64,000 nucleotides of DNA from Dehalococcoidia bacterium (GTDB taxonomy: Bacteria; Chloroflexota; Dehalococcoidia; Plut-88900), in contig CBDBLV010000004.1 in NCBI GenBank assembly GCA_965207225.1, positions 736,001 to 800,000 on the forward strand, in the 5' to 3' direction. The notes beneath the pieces are model-generated. The model was not told the DNA's origin, ran no database searches, and was given only the letters and a program-made list of their open reading frames with translations. Below, in pieces: positions 63,669 to 64,000 of this stretch (positions are counted from its first letter, which is position 1; every line of letters begins with the position of its first letter). The position numbers and the translations under genes are program-made.

Positions 63669-64000
63669 TTAAAAGACGAAGTGCCATGCCAGCAGGACGG
63701 TGACGGTGACCACGAGGTAAAAGGGCAGTACGGAAAAGGATCCAAATAGCACCTCGAATACTCCCTTGGTAATCGACCCTCTGGGGCTTATCTTAAAGAG
63801 ATCTGATGCGGATGCCCTCCCCCGGTGGACTTTGTCGACGAAATTGTCGTAGGACTCACGAAAGCCTCCCTCTAGTGCGAGGTGGTAAGCGTCGAGCACG
63901 AACAGCAGGAAGATGGGCGCCAGGGCTATTGTAGCGTGCTCCGCGTTTCCGGTCCTGGCTACTAGCACGAGAATGGCAGAGACCAAGGTTACACACCACA
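63669..64000 (-). CDS. Small multi-TM protein (5' end outside the window), putative TIR-associated effector
   Basis: WCVTLVSAILVLV..IALAPIFLLFVLDAYHLALEGGFRESY..SVLPFYLVV. Confidence 0.7.
   Translation of the reverse strand, partial: WCVTLVSAILVLVARTGNAEHATIALAPIFLLFVLDAYHLALEGGFRESYDNFVDKVHRGRASASDLFKISPRGSITKGVFEVLFGSFSVLPFYLVVTVTVLLAWHFVF

Overview
GC-rich bacterial accessory region, probably from a Chloroflexota (Dehalococcoidia/SAR202-like) genome, possibly host-associated. That assignment is inferred only from Pro/Thr-linker proteins and cadherin/FN3/GLUG surface proteins. No rRNA, tRNA, CRISPR array or reverse transcriptase was seen. The left edge carries a large serine recombinase and a replication-relaxation protein fragment, suggesting an integrative element. 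Most of the window is a mirror structure: two diverged inverted arms (~6.2-22.1 kb and ~40.6-54.3 kb). Each arm has a family of ~350-bp repeat units, an HTH/coiled-coil gene, a triple-HTH gene, a variable slot, secreted zinc-metallopeptidase + lipoprotein gene pairs, and GLUG/GAF relics. The ~18.5-kb core between the arms holds IS relics, an SNF2 helicase + GHKL-ATPase pair, and a TIR-bounded IS6-family element carrying a DNA methyltransferase-HNH fusion that is frameshifted at a G13 tract. The right end is a co-oriented defence cluster: membrane protein, ThsB-like TIR, hypothetical, hsdS, hsdR, SIR2-APAZ and short pAgo (SPARSA-type). The best candidates for undescribed systems are (1) the repeated peptidase/lipoprotein pairs, possibly protease-inhibitor or toxin-immunity-like, (2) the passenger-carrying IS6 element with a possibly phase-variable MTase-HNH and an antisense sRNA, and (3) the repeat/HTH module with a fixed 56-bp repeat period. 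Many genes carry frameshifts or stops, and some of these could be sequencing errors.
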